Below, in pieces: positions 42,127 through 44,612 of a stretch of DNA of 44,612 nt. Under the pieces are notes generated by a model. It did no database searches. It saw nothing but the letters and a program-made list of their open reading frames with translations, and was not told where the DNA came from. Position 1 is the first letter of the stretch; the number at the start of each line of letters is the position of its first letter. The position numbers were made by a program, and so were the translations under genes. The stretch comes from a virus, in IMG/VR virus record IMGVR_UViG_3300005992_000001, positions 1 through 44,612 of that record; one strand, given 5' to 3'.

Positions 42127-43210
42127 ATCATTTATAACGGCGATAGCCGCTTTTTTTTCGTTCGCAGCACTCGCCTGCATTGATCCGCCTACACCGCCAT
42201 CAGCTGGCGAGTATGCGGTGTATGACCTGGGTAATTATCCAGGACCGGTGCAATGCGAAGACGTTCAAAGTTCGATTTGCCGCACTGATGCGGATTACTC
42301 AGCAATGCTCGCAGGCCCGGACGGCAGGATGTACATACCGCCCGGCTACGGCCACGCGGCATCTTACAATAACCAAACGTCCATATATGATCCATCGACT
42401 CGCATATGGTCTTGGTCAGTCAATCGCACGCCGTGCGCTGATGTGCGCGAATCAAACATCGACAAGGCTCAAGGGCGGTATCTATCTAATAACATGCCGA
42501 TCGGCACGCACACATATGATCTAGTTGCAACCGTGGGCGAAGAGATACTGGTAGCTGCACAGGTTCAAGGGCGGGGAAAGGGTTGCAATAATTTAATCCA
42601 GTCAGGCGCGCCAGGTTATGAATACATTATCGCGAGCGGTTCGTTTCGTTTTTACAATCCCTCAACTGATGTTTGGAGATTTACCAATATTCCCGCGCGC
42701 GACTATAAAAGCGCAATTGAAATCGAGCCGTCCGGCGATGTAATAATCGTCGATTCGACGTCGGTGCAGAGGTACAACGTAAGCGCCGGAACGTTCGTCA
42801 CGCTGATGAGTTTCAAGCTCCCGGGGATGGGCAGCAGCGCGGAGCTGATCCGTGCGGCAAATACAGGCAGGTACTACTGGATAGGGCAAAATAAGCAAAC
42901 CGGCTTTGGCCGCGACGTGTACGAGATCGACGTTGACGCTAGAACGATTGTAACGCATGGCGTTATACCCGACGGTGCCGGACATGGGTTCGCTTATGGT
43001 AATGGAAAGATTGTCGGCGGGCTGAAAAATGGCGCGATCTATACTTATGATCCAGTCACGGGTGGCGTAGCTGAAAAAGTTCTAACTGAGACGCCATGCG
43101 GCGGGCCGCTAGCAACGCATGGCTACGCGTGGGTGTATAGCGCGTCGATAAATGGATTTGTTGGCCGCATTTTTCGCGGCGCGTGCAATCGGACTATTGA
43201 ATACCGCTAA
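42119..43210 (+). CDS. Exported (possibly lipidated) Kelch-like beta-propeller protein
   Basis: Signal FITAIAAFFSFAALAC; recurrent blade motifs IYDPSTRIWSW, FYNPSTDVWRF, RYNVSAGTFVT and TYDPVTGGVAE. Confidence 0.55.
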   Translation: MGKSFITAIAAFFSFAALACIDPPTPPSAGEYAVYDLGNYPGPVQCEDVQSSICRTDADYSAMLAGPDGRMYIPPGYGHAASYNNQTSIYDPSTRIWSWSVNRTPCADVRESNIDKAQGRYLSNNMPIGTHTYDLVATVGEEILVAAQVQGRGKGCNNLIQSGAPGYEYIIASGSFRFYNPSTDVWRFTNIPARDYKSAIEIEPSGDVIIVDSTSVQRYNVSAGTFVTLMSFKLPGMGSSAELIRAANTGRYYWIGQNKQTGFGRDVYEIDVDARTIVTHGVIPDGAGHGFAYGNGKIVGGLKNGAIYTYDPVTGGVAEKVLTETPCGGPLATHGYAWVYSASINGFVGRIFRGACNRTIEYR

Positions 43211-43222
43211 GGGAGACGCTGA

Positions 43223-43648
43223 ATGAGTCAACAAACACAAGATTGGGGCACGGCCGGAGCGCTATCACTTCTCAGCACAGAGATGAATTCACTCGCTAAT
43301 GCGACGTACAGTAGCGCAGGAAGTGCCGTAGACTTGGGCGACCCGGGTCCGTTCGCAATTGTGATAAGGTCCGCGGTGACGGGATCTGGCTCAGGTTCGG
43401 GGCTGCTAAAAATTTATGCACTATGGTCTGATGACAATACTAATTTTTCCGAGCAATCAGCCGCTGCGCCTAACGGCGAGCCCGTTGGAGTGATGTACGT
43501 GAACTCAGGCACGGGGTCTAAAAAGATATTTCAAATATCCGTCAAAGCGCGCTATGTTAAATTTATCGTGTACAACAATACAGGCGCAGCGCTGGCTGCA
43601 AGCGGCAGCACGATAGTAGGCCAAAAAGTCGATGTAAATATCACCTAA
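43223..43648 (+). CDS. Small beta-sandwich-like fibre-associated protein
   Basis: 141 aa; GGGAGA RBS; ARYVKFIVYNNTG is reminiscent of discoidin/CBM-like domains (weak). Confidence 0.45.
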   Translation: MSQQTQDWGTAGALSLLSTEMNSLANATYSSAGSAVDLGDPGPFAIVIRSAVTGSGSGSGLLKIYALWSDDNTNFSEQSAAAPNGEPVGVMYVNSGTGSKKIFQISVKARYVKFIVYNNTGAALAASGSTIVGQKVDVNIT

Positions 43649-43649
43649 A

Positions 43650-44612
43650 ATGCGCGGGCCTTATATACATTTAGCCAAGCCTAGCCGCGTATGGCATACC
43701 GACCGGCAGATTGAGATTGATCTATCCCATCCGCTTGCGCGTGATATCGTCGCGTATTGGGCGATGGGTAACGCGGGGGACATGGTTGATCTTGTAGCGC
43801 AGCAGCAAGGCACGCATTCATCACCCACTAACATTACCGATGACGTAAGCATCAACGGTGCATGCACTGATTACGTCTCTTCGGCCTATACGGATTTACC
43901 ATCATTACGTCTCACTGAAAGTACGCCATTTGGCATGGTGGTGATGCTGGAGACCACGACCACCGGCAACGGGCGGTATATAGCGGCTGAGGGTAATACG
44001 GGGCTGACCAATCCAATAACAGGGATTTACTCTCAAAGCGGGGTTTTGACGGGAATATGGCGCGATGACGCAGGCGGTGGGACAGGCACGATTTCTGGCG
44101 CAAGCGGCATTAATGATGGCAAGCCGCACACCGCTATTTTGACGGCTTCTCTCGCATCAAATGACCGGGTGTATCTGTATCAAGATGGGGTCGAGTATAG
44201 CAGCGGCACATTTAACCCGGGCACAAAAACGCAAAACACAACAACACTCGCGGCGATGCGGCGGTCCACCGTCTCAAACCATATGATCTCGGGCAAGATT
44301 TATTATGCCGCTTTTTTCAAGCGGCAGATTGAGCCGGAGGGCGCGTTATGGCTGACTGAATCGCCACGCGACATCCTGCTTACGCCGAAACAAAGACTGT
44401 TTTTTATTGGTGATGCGGCGGGCGGCGGTACGCCGCATAATTTAACACTCTCTTCAACCTCATCATCCAGCAGTATTGACTCCGCCGTGATAACGCAAAC
44501 GCACGCGCTTGCCGTTGACGATGTCGCCGCCGCCGCCTCGATGGCGGGCATGGCGGTGAGCGAAGGCGCGGTGCATGATCTCACGATGGCCGACAGCGCG
44601 AGCGCGGGCGAT
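43650..44612 (+). CDS. 5' part of the LamG (concanavalin-like) domain fibre protein, continues at 72..464
   Basis: ATG 43650 lies 2 nt after the upstream TAA; the frame stays open to the window end; DGKPHTAILTAS...RVYLYQDG...ISGKIYYAAFFKRQIEPEGALWL fits Laminin_G_3. Confidence 0.75.
   Translation, partial: MRGPYIHLAKPSRVWHTDRQIEIDLSHPLARDIVAYWAMGNAGDMVDLVAQQQGTHSSPTNITDDVSINGACTDYVSSAYTDLPSLRLTESTPFGMVVMLETTTTGNGRYIAAEGNTGLTNPITGIYSQSGVLTGIWRDDAGGGTGTISGASGINDGKPHTAILTASLASNDRVYLYQDGVEYSSGTFNPGTKTQNTTTLAAMRRSTVSNHMISGKIYYAAFFKRQIEPEGALWLTESPRDILLTPKQRLFFIGDAAGGGTPHNLTLSSTSSSSSIDSAVITQTHALAVDDVAAAASMAGMAVSEGAVHDLTMADSASAGD
44542..44612. repeat. Terminal overlap, identical to 1..71
   Basis: Exact 71-nt identity with the window start. 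Confidence 0.95.

Overview
The window is one complete, circularly closed phage genome. Bases 1-71 are identical to 44542-44612, so the unit is about 44,541 bp, and one ORF (43650..44612 continuing into 72..464) runs across the junction. The organisation is that of a temperate, lambda-like siphovirus of a high-GC Gram-negative host (inference from SD-type RBSs, lipoboxes and ATGA-coupled genes). The rightward unit runs 14828 -> wrap -> 2522: cro-like, cII-like, TraR, GH19 lysozyme, ASCH, DnaB, an initiator with internal iterons, Nu1/A-type terminase, a Mor-like activator, W, portal, S49 protease with nested scaffold, D, E, FII, Z, a U-position gene, tube, a 1287-aa tape measure, tail tip genes, a low-GC envelope cassette, fibre-like genes, an M15 peptidase and DUF1353. 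The leftward unit runs 12154 -> 2467: small Zn-ribbon and membrane proteins, DUF2303, dNMP kinase, DHH phosphoesterase, a large serine integrase, DUF5710 and a TrfB-like HTH. Most notable observations: (1) a 1365-bp IS256-family element with a 9-bp target duplication splits the CI-type repressor gene, and the frame is exactly restorable. (2) Five 6-4-6 palindromic operators are embedded in two near-identical divergent early promoters. (3) A 40-bp promoter-like repeat sits at two late-module boundaries, next to a Mor-like protein with a triplicated HTH. (4) A translationally coupled seven-gene cassette, with five of seven products predicted to be exported or membrane proteins, lies inside the tail module. 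(5) A low-GC island beside the integrase carries a DHH/DHHA1 phosphoesterase and a dNMP kinase. No tRNA, rRNA or CRISPR array was seen. All family names are motif-level recognition by eye; no searches were run.
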